Assembly (NCBI GenBank): GCA_038496445.1
Contig: JALMLS010000228.1
Location: forward strand, 434,001-498,000
DNA: 64,000 nucleotides
DNA from: Trichosphaerium sp. ATCC 40318
Taxonomy: Eukaryota; Protista; Tubulinea
Reading direction: 5' to 3'
Position numbers and translations under genes: made by a program. Below, one piece after another: positions 52,831 to 64,000 of this stretch; position 1 is the first letter of the stretch; each line of letters begins with the position of its first letter. The notes below the pieces were generated by a model. That model was not told the DNA's origin. It searched no databases and saw only the letters and a list, made by a program, of their open reading frames with translations.

Positions 52831-53889
52831 CAGGTCTAAAAATTAAAGTGGTATATACCAGTTTTTTTATGGTATATACCACTTTTTTCAACAAAATGGT
52901 ATATGAACTGGTATATACCATTTTGAAATACCACTTTTTTTAGAAATTAAGTGAATAAAAAAGTGGTATATGGAAGTGGTATATACCACTTTTCATTCAC
53001 ATAATGAGACCTTCTAAAAATGGTATATAAAGTGGTATATACCACTTTTTTATGGTATGTGGTATATACCACCTTTTTATTGGTATATACCACTTTTATG
53101 GTATGCTTCAAGAAGGTCATTAAGGAGCTTTTTGGTAATGGGTTTTCTTGTTGAACGATCATAGACGTCATACATTGAACGGTGCGTAGGGACCTTAGTA
53201 TATCATAGAATCTAACCAAACTAAGCTCATTCGAACCGCAGGACCTGATTCCAGTACCAACATTAAGGAAACTATATTGCAGGTATTATACAGACGTTCG
53301 TGGGTACCAGACAAAGTTTTATTTTATTTTCGTTTGATATACATTAACTGACCTCCGTAGGCCTTAGTAATTGATGGATTCAGGTGGGACCACTTTCATT
53401 AGGTGCGCAGCATGTTTTTACAGTAGGTACAGCAATATCATGGAGATGGACGAATTTTCCAGACGCCCATAGTAATGTAACTGTAGTGGACATTGTCCAA
53501 AACTTGTAACTCACAAACTGTGTATTAAATAAAGTGTATTTTCTGGAATTGCAGGTGTACCATAAGTAGGCATAAAGTGGTATATAAGAGTGGTATATAC
53601 CATGAAAAACTGGTATAAAAAAGTGGTATATAACTGGTATATACCTAAAAATAGTGGTATAAAAAAGTGGTATATTTTTTTTTTTCTGGTGAAAAAAAGT
53701 GGTATATTTTCTGTTTTTATACCTCTTTTTTTTGGTATATTGTTGGTATATTTGGTCAATATACCACTTTTTTTGGTATATTTTGGTTAAAATATACCAC
53801 TTTTTTGGTATATACCATAAAAAACTGGTATAAAAAAGTGGTATAAAAGTGGTATATACCAAAAAAACTGGTATATTTTTTTAGACCTG
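52831..53889. mobile_element. Non-autonomous TIR DNA transposon (1059 bp) with palindromic subterminal repeats
   Basis: TIR CAGGTCTAAAAA / TTTTTAGACCTG, AA duplicated on both sides, GTGGTATATACCAC arrays at both ends. Confidence 0.9.
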
Positions 53890-56800
53890 AAGCATTTCTT
53901 TAAACGTTTTCATAAGAGGAGGATATTCTTTGGACTGTTCGACTGCAACTTCAGAGACAGTATCTTTCGGAGGTGGAGGTTGTGAGGCAGGAGGAGAGAC
54001 TGTTGATGGAGTGATATCATTGTCACCCTCAACGTTTACGGCGACCGAGCTTGGTACGATTTGACTCGAAATTTTTTGAGAATCGATATTTTCAGCATTG
54101 AAAATTCGATCATAAGGTTCATCATCACGAAGATGGTATTTAGCGTGAGGTAGGTTTTTAAAAAGCTTATTAACTGCTTCACGTGTTTCTCTATCAACAC
54201 GCTCAACTGAGTCGTGTGACTTGTACTCGATTATGCGTTTCATGTCAACGCTTTCGGTATGGCCTTTTTCATTACGCCGTAATTTATAAGTTTTTGGACC
54301 GATGACACCTGTTACTGTGTATGGACCGTGTCTCTTATTTTTTAGTTTTTTAGGACCTTCGCCTTGTAGTTCTTTCCATACCAAGACTTGTTGTCCGATG
54401 GAGAACTTCTTGATTTCATCAGGTACGTTTCTATCTTTGTACTTTTGATATTCAGCTTGACGCTTTTGCGTATGCTGCCTGACGAGTTCTTGAGTATCAG
54501 CAATGGTCTTAACCATGTTAGCTGTATAAGTTGCTGCATCAATGTGATCAGTAGGGATGTTAGTTGCATACACTTGGTCGATTGGCAATCTAGGTTCTCT
54601 ACCAAAAAGAGCAAAGTGTGGGCTAACACCTATGGTACGGTTGATCGTACTATTGAAGGCAAACTGAAGGAAAGGAAGTTTATTGTCCCATTCGTGAGGG
54701 TCATTTGCGGTAAGCGCACGAAGTAAAGGTACTGCTGTACCAAAAGACCTTTCAGCTTGGCCATTACATTGAGGATTGTATGGTGAAATAAATCGATTTT
54801 CGATTTTAAGAGTTTCACAGATTTTGCTGATTATAGCACTGCGAAAGTTAGAGCCGTTATCACTAATAATAGCTCTGAACGCACCAAACTTGGTTATAAT
54901 GCGTTCACAAATAGCGTCCGCGACTAAGTCGGATGTTGTCGAGCTCATTGGTACGAACTCGTGCCATTTAGATAGCAGATCTGAGATAGAGAGTACATAA
55001 GAGTTACCTCTATAAGAAGTAGGGAAAGGACCAGATATGTCCACAGCTATTATATCCCAAGGATGTTTAGCAGTGATTGGGATCATATGACCATCCTTAG
55101 TAGTCTTTGAACGGAATTTACGCTTTTGGCAGATATCACATTTGGATGTGTAATTCTGGATGTCTGCTAACATATTTTTCCAGTAGAAACGAGTTTTAAT
55201 ATTGTGATACATTTTATTAACGCCAACATGAGCGCCAAGAAGTGAGTCATGGAAGTGTCTTAGGACATCTTCCTTTAAACTATTGGGTATCACAATTCGA
55301 AACACACCATTCGCCTTTACGTGACCAGGAGGAACAGTGAAATTATTAAGAACGCCATCAGCGTCTAAGGCGAATGTGCCATTACGAGTATTCTTTGGCT
55401 GAGTAACTTTAGATGTTCTGAGCTCAGCAATTAAAGGAAATAAATCAGGATCAGATTCTTGTAATTTTCTGATATTTATTTTTCTTTGTTTAAGTTCTGG
55501 TACAAATTCAGAACTAGTAGATACAGTAGTGTTGTTAACTTTATGAACGACGTTTCCATTGACGTCTTTGATGTTAAATTTGAGGTTTGCTTTTTCTAAA
55601 TCTTTTGGATCTAGAAGATCGTCTAGATCCTCTTGATAATCTTTGTCGTCTTCAAACTCTAATCGTGAGAGCGCATCAGCATTAGCATGGGATTTACCTC
55701 TTCGGTACATTACATCGAAATCGTACTCAGAGAGTTTCATTACCCAACGCATTAACATTGGTTCAGGTTCTTTAAAGTTTTTTAGATACAGCAATGCTTT
55801 ATGATCAGTCACTACTGTGAACTTGTTAGGTAAGAGGTAGTGCCTGAATTTAGTGATAGCGGCTACCATTGCCCAGCATTCCTTTTTCCATATTTCCCAT
55901 TTTAACACTCTTTCAGGTGCTAGTTTTTTAGAGAAGTACTCTACAACATGTAGTTCTCCATTGTATTCTTGTTCAAGTACAGCGCCAATTGCATATTTGC
56001 ATGCGTCTGTGTGGAGAATAAAGGGTTTAGAGAAGTCAGGAGGGACTAAGACTGGGTACGAAGTGAGTTTACCAATTAAATCGTTCCAGGCTTTACCTTG
56101 AACCGACTCATTCCAAACAAAGGGAACATCGTCTTTAAAAAGCTTAGTAAGAGGCTGAGTTATACCAGCGAAGTCTTTAACAAACTTTCGGTAGTAACCA
56201 GCTAAGTGAATAATTGAGCTAAGCTGTTTTTTACCAGTAGGCTTTGTGACAGAAAGAAGTTTATTAATTTTTTGTTCACTAGGTACAATGGCTTTACCGA
56301 CAAGCGTGTGACCTAGGTGGTCCATTTCTGTAGCAAATAAAACAGTCTTTTTCGGTGACATGCGTACATTGTATTTAATACAAACATCATAGAACTCTTC
56401 TAGATGTTTTAACATTTGATCGACTGTGTTGGCGCCTGTGCCAACATCATCAAAGTAGGGTTCAGTGTGTTCGAGCGAACTGAATATATTGTTCATCGCT
56501 TCTTGGAACTCACCAGGTGAGTTCTTATAACCCATAGATAGAACATTGAAGACATATACGCCTTCTTTAGTAACAAAGGCAGTATACTTACGACTACTCT
56601 TGTCAATAAGAAACTGGAAGAAACCTTGAGGTAAATCATGAGCGCATTTTATTTTCCATTTTGCAAATTTATTTAACATTTCATTACAATCAGGTATTTG
56701 ATACGGATAGAACTCCGTATTTTCATTAACTTTAGCTGGGTCAATTATAAAACGATCATCGCCACTTCTCTTTTTGATAACCATGGCGTGAGAAACCCAA

Positions 56801-59159
56801 TCAGAACCAGAAACCTTAGAAACTATGCCTTGTGCAACTAATCTGTCAACACATTTTTGAAGGCGTTTTTCATAATTATTTGCATATCGTCTACGTTTGA
56901 CTCTATGTGGTACTGCATTAGCTCTGATTTTAAGTTTGATAGGTGGGTATTTAACTTGACCGAACTGTTCAGGTTTTGTATAAACACGTGTACCCTTATG
57001 TTCTAGTAAAGTAACCAAATCTCTTTTTTGGCCTTTAGAAAGAATACCAGTATTGACTTGTATGTCTTTAAGTGTGAGGTTGTGTTTCACTTCGGGTAAT
57101 GTCTCAGTGTACGTGTTTGGTTTTCGTTTGAGAAAACGTTCAACAGGAGGGGGAGTTCCATTTTTTGGATCAAAAGTAGGCATGTTTTTTGAAGCTTTGT
57201 TAAACTCAAAAGAAAGGTTTGACTTTTCAGCGTCAGGAATTAAGACAGTGTAATCTGATCTATGTTTATTGTTGTTGATTGACACTTTACCGAAACGGTT
57301 TACAAAAGCGTAAGCGATTACATCTCCTTTGTTGATTACAATAGGAGTGTCCATGTTGTCGCCATCTCGGTGGACAACACGTAATTCGATTGGACGGTTG
57401 TTGTTGGTTTGTCCTAACCCTAGAACCGTGATGTTGGCGTTGTTGTTTCTGCGCAACATTTGTGCTTCAGTAACTGTTATCTGAGAGTTACGAGGGAGGG
57501 TAGGAAGTTTGAAAGTGAAACAAGCACCCATGGTGTCGGTGTAGCGGATCTCGTGCGATTGGTCGGCTACCAGTGCTGTCTTTCGGATGTCGGTTGATTC
57601 GTAGCGGATCTCTGCCGTGTGCATTGGAATCTTTTTGGTGTCAATTGTATCCATAAAGCCTTCAATATCTTTTTGCGTTTGGAGAGGTTTTTTATCGCAA
57701 TTGTTGGATGAGGTTTCAGACTGAAGTTGAATATTATCGTTGTATTCTCCTTCAATGAGTTCTTTTTGCAGGTCATCCATGGGACTAGTAGGAAGGTTAT
57801 CGTCATCTACCATTGGAATTGGAGAACTGACGTCTTCACTACTTGTTTTTGAGTTGGTAGCAGCGTTACCAGTAATTTCACTACTTGGTTCGCTCTTAAG
57901 TGTTATGAAGGACTGTGCTGCTTTAGTACCAAAGGTAGGTACGGTCATGTATTCGCCGCCTGAGTAAATGATACCGTTTTTAAAATCACAGATGGCATTG
58001 GTACGCATCAAGGTATTAATACCTAGTACGACTTTGAATTTTGGTTTTTTCATGACATGGAAGTTCTCATAGAGAAAGTCGTCCATGAATTCTATGCCAG
58101 TACTCAACAGACCTAAAGTACATTCAGAAACGTCATTAAGAATGTCACTAGTGACTTGTATTTTCTTACTGTGATCGTATTCAAGGCGAGTACGTTGTTT
58201 GCCATTTGGTGCTTTACCATTATTTCTCTTGATTGCGTGATTGATATCTCTGATACACGACTTACTGATGATAGAGATGGTAGAGCCAGAATCGATCATG
58301 GCTTCAATCTTAACACCAGCCATAATAATAGTGACTATAGGAAGCTTTTCGCCATCTAGGCTGAGTGCTCTAGTGCCGGCGCTTGGAATATGTTCTTTGA
58401 TTGATTGAGACTCATATTTGTAGAGAAGTTTCTGTACTTTTGGTCCAAACATTTTCATTGTTGGAACTTTATGTACTGTTGCACGTCTTTGTTGACAGGG
58501 AGAGTTTGGTGGTGATATGTCATCTGGTATAAATGGAGCACAATCACTGTCGACCGAATGATCATTCAAAGGTGGACTTGGAGGTGGCGGTGGTGGCGGT
58601 GGTACTGGCGCTAAAGAAAGAGCAACATTAGAGTTTGTAGTCGAATTAGAAGACTTACTCTTTTTGGCGTTTTCGATATTCTTCTTGCGTGTATCCGCTA
58701 AACTATTCTTCCAGGTGATGAAATGTGGACATTCTTCACCATTTTTGTGTTCTTCACCGCAATGACGGCATAGTTTTTTGCCGTTAATAAACATTGGTCT
58801 TTGTTGACTATTGTTGTTGTTATTGTAACCACGTTGGTTGTTACCACGTTGGTTATTGTTGTTGTAACCACATTGGTTATTGTTGTTGTAACCTTGTTGG
58901 TTGTTGTTGTAACCTTGTTGGTTATTATAATTACGCTGATTGTTATTGTAATTGCGTTGATTATTGTTGAAATTTCTGTCATTGTTGTAACGTTGATTGT
59001 TATTATTCCAGTCACGTTGACCGTTATTTTGACGATAGTTGTTACGCTGTTGCTTTTGTGGGCGTCTATCGTTGTTATGGTTATTGTTATCGTACTTTCT
59101 ATTATTAGAAGTCAGTTTTTCAATTTTTTGCCTTAATTTTGCAATTTCTTTTTCAAGGT

Positions 59160-60191
59160 CAGTAGTAAAATAGAAATGGGAATTTTTAAGTAATCCACCC
59201 TGTTTTCCTATGGGAAAAGTAGACGGAAAAACTCTTCCTTAATTCCCATTGAATTTATATGAAATTCCGTAAGTATTACTCATAGAATTCTTAGAGTATT
59301 ACTTTTGGAATTGCATATGTATTTTATATAGAATTCTCTATGTATTCTTTATAGCATTCCTTAATGTATTTTTTGTAGATTTCAATAAAAAATACTTTAT
59401 AAATTACACAAAATATTATTCAATACTTTGGTTCAGATTTAATGCAAAGTCATTTTATTTATTGATCATTACAAAATACAAACATCCTAAATAATACGTA
59501 CAAGTTAAATACATCGTGTCTTCATAAACGAAAGAAGTAATTTGATCGCATTTGGTTTTGAGAGCCTGAACAATAATTAATGCGTTTGTAAACGCTAAAT
59601 TAAGAACACGTAGGGTTTTTTGATAAATTAAGTGGAAATAAGCTTTAAAAACAACATACTTGGAGTTAATGCTTTAAATACATTCTTTAATGGTGTAATA
59701 AGGCTGTTGCAATGCTTTAATCATCCTAAAACAGATAAGTAAGAGATATTTATGTTTAAGTGATTTTCCAAACCACCTAAAACGCGTTCTCCATTACTTT
59801 TTGGATTAACGCACTTTAACCTGTACCATTGGTTTTTTCACCTTTAATAATAGCATGTGGATATTGTTTGCTAGAAAAACCTATGTACCTAAGGTGTTGA
59901 TGGTTTTTTGCAAATATAAAACTAAACCCTAACCCTAACTTAATTTGTACTTTCATAAACCTCAACCCTAGCCCTAACCCTAACCCTAACTAAATTAGTA
60001 CATTATTTGGTGGATTTTGTACAATAATTCTGAAAATTCCATATTTAAGGGAATATTATGGTAATTCTATCAAAAATCCTGCCATAAAAAAAAATAAAAA
60101 TAAGAATTCTTCACAAATTACCTTAAAAATCCCTAAAACAAAGGAATTTAGTGGGATTTATATCCAAAATCCCGTTTTCATTTTACCACTG
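59160..60191. mobile_element. Non-autonomous TIR DNA transposon (1032 bp)
   Basis: Imperfect TIR CAGTAGTAAAATAGAAATGGGA / TCCCGTTTTCATTTTACCACTG, GT duplicated, very AT-rich and non-coding. Confidence 0.88.
59925..59990 (+). repeat. Short telomere-like (CCCTAA)n tracts inside the TIR element
   Basis: AACCCTAACCCTAAC and AACCCTAGCCCTAACCCTAACCCTAAC. Confidence 0.8.
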
Positions 60192-61800
60192 GTCACGTGC
60201 CTTTTCTGACTGTACGGGTTTAGTGACATAGTTAAAGAACGTATTAGTTGTTTGCAGATTACCAGCGTAAGGATTACGGCTCTTAGGATAAGACGACGTA
60301 TATGCATTACTACTTAAGTTAGTATTGAGATTGTAGAGATTAAATTGAATCTCTTTTTTCTCTGCCTTTTGCAGAACACATTTGTTATACGCCTCAGCCG
60401 TTATTAATTGTTGGTCAAACATTTTTTTGTACTCTAGATATTTCGCGTATATCTGAGACTGCAGGTCTTTTCTTAGACCGATCACAAATTGTTCCGTAAT
60501 CTCGGAGACTGATTTGTTTGCGTAAATGGCTAACTCGTTGAATCGCCTCATATATTTCCTGCAAGGTTCATCTTGCATGTGAACACACTCACGAAAACGT
60601 AGTACAGTTTGCGCTTTATCCAGCGGAGTTACTATCTCCTCTATGATAGCTTCATAAATTTGTTTTGAAGTAGCAGTGAGAGGGAGGGAAGTAAGCATGT
60701 CGCTAATATCTATATTTTTGATGCTCAATCTCAACGCAATTGCGAGATTTTCATCATCAATACGGTGCTTCTTTGCAATTTTAGTGCTAAGAGCATACCA
60801 ATAATCGATTGTAGAACGCTTATTATCATGAACCTTGGGTATTAGCCCAAGGGTGCCTTTTATTTTGTCAGATGTATGACGTTTATTTTTAGAGTGTTTG
60901 GACTTCTTCTTTCTAGAAGAGTCACTTCCGATTTTTTGTGAATCACCCGCAGACTTCGGTAATGTAACCGGGGGAAGTGTAGTACTCGAATTATTCGAGT
61001 TAACAGACTTGTCTGAGGTGCTAAGTATTCGCCTAGACCCTTTTTTCATAGCGGTATTGTTTTGTGATTTATCGGACATTTTGGGACTAATTATGAGTTC
61101 AGTTTCTACTGTCTTCTTTTTAGAAGATATCCCAGTCATATTGTCATACACCGCACTGTTGTTTTCAGTGTCATCTGCACTACGAGTTTCGTGTTGTTCA
61201 GTTTCTTGCTCTCTTTCGAGATCAGCTGCTCGTTGCTTTTCAGCTAACATGTCAGCTTTCATACTACTATCACTTTGTGATGATTCTGTCTCTACATACT
61301 CTGAGCCACTGTCATGATCTGATGTATTGTCGCTGGACGACGTGCCTACACCGAGGTCAATGTCTTTGGCCTGTGACGGAGAGCCAGACATGGCGTGGTA
61401 CAAGGCTCAATGCCAAGAAGAGAACGATACAAAAAGATGTGTTGGAGAGAGTTTTTTATTTATAGATACAAAGGCAATTAGCCTGATTATAGAGGGATTA
61501 TTATACCCTTGTAGAGCTTGGGAATACACTCCGAGAGGCTCCGGTTGGAATAGAATTCCAAGATTTAGCGAGATTAACTCGACTTACACGAAGAACTGGC
61601 TCCGTAAAGGTTTTTGCGTTATGGAACGACTTACACGACCGGAGTCTATCCGACGTAGGTACAGCGCTATAAGAGCGACTTATGTAGATATAAACGGTCT
61701 ATGCCGCAGGCTTATAGCCAAGAGGAGGAGCGTAGGGTACTCCGAATGTGTTTGCACGAAGGCGTGCCGAGAGTAAAAGTGTTTAGATACTTACCAATTC

Positions 61801-61816
61801 AAATCCAGTGTCGCCA
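61801..61816 (-). other. Primer-binding site (TGGCGAC type, possibly tRNA-Arg)
   Basis: TGGCGACACTGGATTT begins 2 nt inside the 5' LTR boundary. Confidence 0.75.
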
Positions 61817-61818
61817 CG

Positions 61819-61969
61819 TGTCGTATAACTTAGCTACGGTTATAAGACGTTGTAAATAGTACAAGGTAAGGAGAAATCTAATTTATTAACTAACTTATAT
61901 ACATAGGGATTAAGTACTTCGTTATCTGAATGATGACGAATGACGAATATGACAAGGTCATATACGACA
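61819..61969 (-). repeat. 5' LTR
   Basis: 151 bp, TG...CA, 9-bp terminal inverted repeat. Confidence 0.97.
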
Positions 61970-62629
61970 ATATTGGTTTCTAAAGGCTAAAAGCTGCTGA
62001 ACTAAAATGTCAGGGGGTATTCAACGTAACGCTTGACAACCAAAGACAGTCGTTGTTCAATGGATTATTTTGTTCCGAAAAGTGACAACTACTGCATCAA
62101 ATATGAACGTTGCGCACAAGAAACAGCGGTGAGGCACTAATAAAGCGGTCAAAATTCGTTAAAAAGTCAGTCAGAGTAAGCAACTTTTAAAGTACAAACG
62201 TTATCTTTAGTGTTGATCTTACATATGCTTGCCTTGAAATCGTAGGGTTAACGCTTTGTTTAAGATGAACGTCCAAAGAAGTACGTTTACAATTTTGTGT
62301 TGTAGCGCACATGGTACTAGCAGGAAAGAGGTGTCCTCAAAGTATGTTGTGCATCAAGAAGTAGTAGCAAGAAGAGCTCTCGTAGAGCGAAATCGGACGA
62401 CAAGTCTCCAAAAAGGAAGAGAAGTCATCTAAATCTAGCAAGCCCTCTAAAGAGTAAAGTGTAGAGTAACGTGATGCCAAGAACTGGAGTTCTGTACGAT
62501 CAACAGCCAATACATGGTTCACAGAAGACTTTTGGTGTGATTTTGCTCAATTTTGAAAGACAATAATAAGCGCATTGAGCAAACTGTTTTCGAAAAGTAT
62601 GAAATTACCTTTTTTTTTATTTTCCGTTA

Positions 62630-63310
62630 CTAGACTGAGAAACTTCAACACTGAATCTTGTCGACATTCCTGGTTCTAAAAGTTGTACGTTCATATTTAA
62701 ACCTAAGATGTTCACGCTTTCTTAGCAAGTGTCTAAGTTTCTATAAAAGGTTGAGATAGTTCCAGGAGTTGGATTTGATGACGAAACAAATAATCTCGAC
62801 TCAAGATTGTTCACAGTAAAGGTGTAGTTCACACGTACTTAGCTTTGTTTCATGGTTTTATTTACTTCTCCAACAGAGATATTTCTGCTTCGAATATCAT
62901 GCTTCAACCACAAGCTTTCGAATAAGATATATGTTAATTGATTGGGGATCTACCAGGACAGCACCAATAAATATAAGTGGAGGAGCCAAGTTTTCACCTC
63001 ATATGTATGAAGAGTGGCTTCATGACAGGCCAACACATGCCTACACACCAAACGATGACTTGTATTCTTTTATTTTCGTGATTGCATATTTTACCTGTGG
63101 ATAGTAGTGTCAAAGGTAAACAGAGTACAATGTGTTGAAGTATTTTAAACATGGAAGAGTGTTCTCCTTACCACTGGACACGTTGTATGAAAAAAGCAGA
63201 CATCTTGGATTACAAAGGTGTCTCAGATGAAATCCTTCGTTGTATTTCAGGCAATTTTGAGTATGAAGAGAGCTCTAACAACTCCTCTTCTTTTTGTACT
63301 ACAATGTAAA
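62630..63310 (+). pseudogene. Decayed kinase-family 3' fragment (copy G)
   Basis: RDISASNIMLQPQ, LIDWGS, SGGAKFSPH, TPNDDLYS with deletions and frameshifts. Confidence 0.85.
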
Positions 63311-63477
63311 AAACCAAAGCAATATCAGTAAAAAGTACAAAGTTGTTATGAATAGTAATTTTGGTTTATTATTTTTCTGTTTTTGTTGTACTTGTAGTTT
63401 TTCAAATCATTTTGAATGAGAGTAGTCTTATCTGTATCTGGTTGAAGATAATACGTAATTGAATGGTAGTAAAGGGT

Positions 63478-63985
63478 TTATTCATCAACCATATCACCAT
63501 CTTCATTTTGATCACAGTCGCACATACTGGCAAATCCGTTACAGGTCTCACACTCTATTACAGAACCTAAAATGCATTTGAGGATTGCATCTTTCACGCC
63601 TTTGTAATCGGCGAGTTCTGCTTTCTCTAGGCAATCCTGCCAATGACATGGAGTATTAAGTACCCATTGCCGTTTGATACATTCAAGATTTTCGGTAGAA
63701 GCGTCGCGCACCCAAGTCGTGTAGGCAGTGTCGATTTCACCTCTCTGGGTTTGGGTTAAACGCATGTAAATAATAACATAAACAAACGATTTCACATTGT
63801 CCTTCTCTGTATACACGTGTGTCTCAGTTCCAGCCTTCAAGTGATCCAACAAATGTGGCGCGAACTTCACACCTGCCTCGCGTATCACTCTTTCGGTGTT
63901 AGCCTTTGTAGCGTTACCCCAACTGATAAACACATAGCGGGGATAAGTTTTGTTTATCGCCATAATGGTTGATGTAGAAATGTTT
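63478..63985 (-). CDS. Last exon of a pseudokinase paralog (copy H); gene extends beyond the window
   Basis: NISTSTIM in place of DISASNIM, FISWGNA in place of LIDWGSA, TEKDNVKS; Cys tail CETC-x6-CDC; frame open. Confidence 0.75.
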
Positions 63986-64000
63986 CTAATAAGGTAGAAT

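Larger units (their letters stand above)
52580..61391 (-). pseudogene. Single gag-pol ORF (~2238 aa when restored) interrupted by two TIR insertions
   Basis: Gag; CRHCGEEHKNGEEC knuckle; IDSGS protease; YFDD RT; TDAC/TDH RNase H; HHCC, DDE and GPY integrase; junctions restore as ARD-LEKE and EML-ENIR. Confidence 0.92.
52415..61969 (-). mobile_element. Full-length Ty3/Gypsy LTR retrotransposon
   Basis: Two 151-bp LTRs, ATAT TSD (52411-52414, 61970-61973), PBS, PPT, domain order PR-RT-RH-IN. Confidence 0.97.

Noticed and set aside
52947-53862. Y/T/K-rich ORFs
   Set aside because: Translations of the subterminal repeats
52845-53880. CRISPR-like array of palindromic repeats
   Set aside because: Spacers are short, irregular A/T runs, there are no cas genes, the context is eukaryotic, and the repeats lie inside a TIR element
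52831-53889. TIR insertions acting as self-removing introns (introners)
   Set aside because: Splicing CAG-GT...AG within the TIRs leaves 10 extra nt and an immediate stop; the 59160-60191 element has no terminal AG. RNA-seq could still reveal cryptic sites
58698-59136. V/I/T-rich ORFs resembling membrane proteins
   Set aside because: Antisense and off-frame shadows of the Asn-rich Gag repeat
59160-60191. Programmed frameshift or separate gag and pol genes
   Set aside because: The gap is a TIR insertion; gag and pol are in one frame once it is removed
1-64000. tRNA or rRNA genes
   Set aside because: None recognised by eye; a tRNAscan-SE/Infernal run would be needed to exclude them

Overview
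This is compact, AT-rich, intron-rich eukaryotic DNA, probably from a protist. Most introns are about 35-130 nt, and the standard genetic code fits. Three zones. (1) About 1-33 kb is an accessory birth-and-death cluster. It holds an atypical Ras and an expanded FunK1/Crinkler-like kinase family with the layout 2x Rho_N/HeH-like header, coiled coil, degenerate REase-like domain, kinase. Intact, pseudokinase and pseudogene copies are interleaved with three torsin-like AAA+ copies, MITE-like elements and a solo LTR. (2) About 33-52 kb is housekeeping-type genes: MED12, UBE2G/Ubc7, an SDR and an ATF6-like membrane bZIP. It also has an unusual Reeler-domain gene whose single ORF continues through a TM segment and a second, internal signal peptide into an LPMO-like domain beginning with His. 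(3) 52415-61969 is a young Ty3/Gypsy element with identical 151-bp LTRs and an ATAT TSD. Its single gag-pol ORF (about 2238 aa when restored) is interrupted by two different ~1-kb CAG...CTG TIR elements with 2-bp TSDs. More kinase-family copies follow. All exon structures were inferred by eye and no database searches were run.
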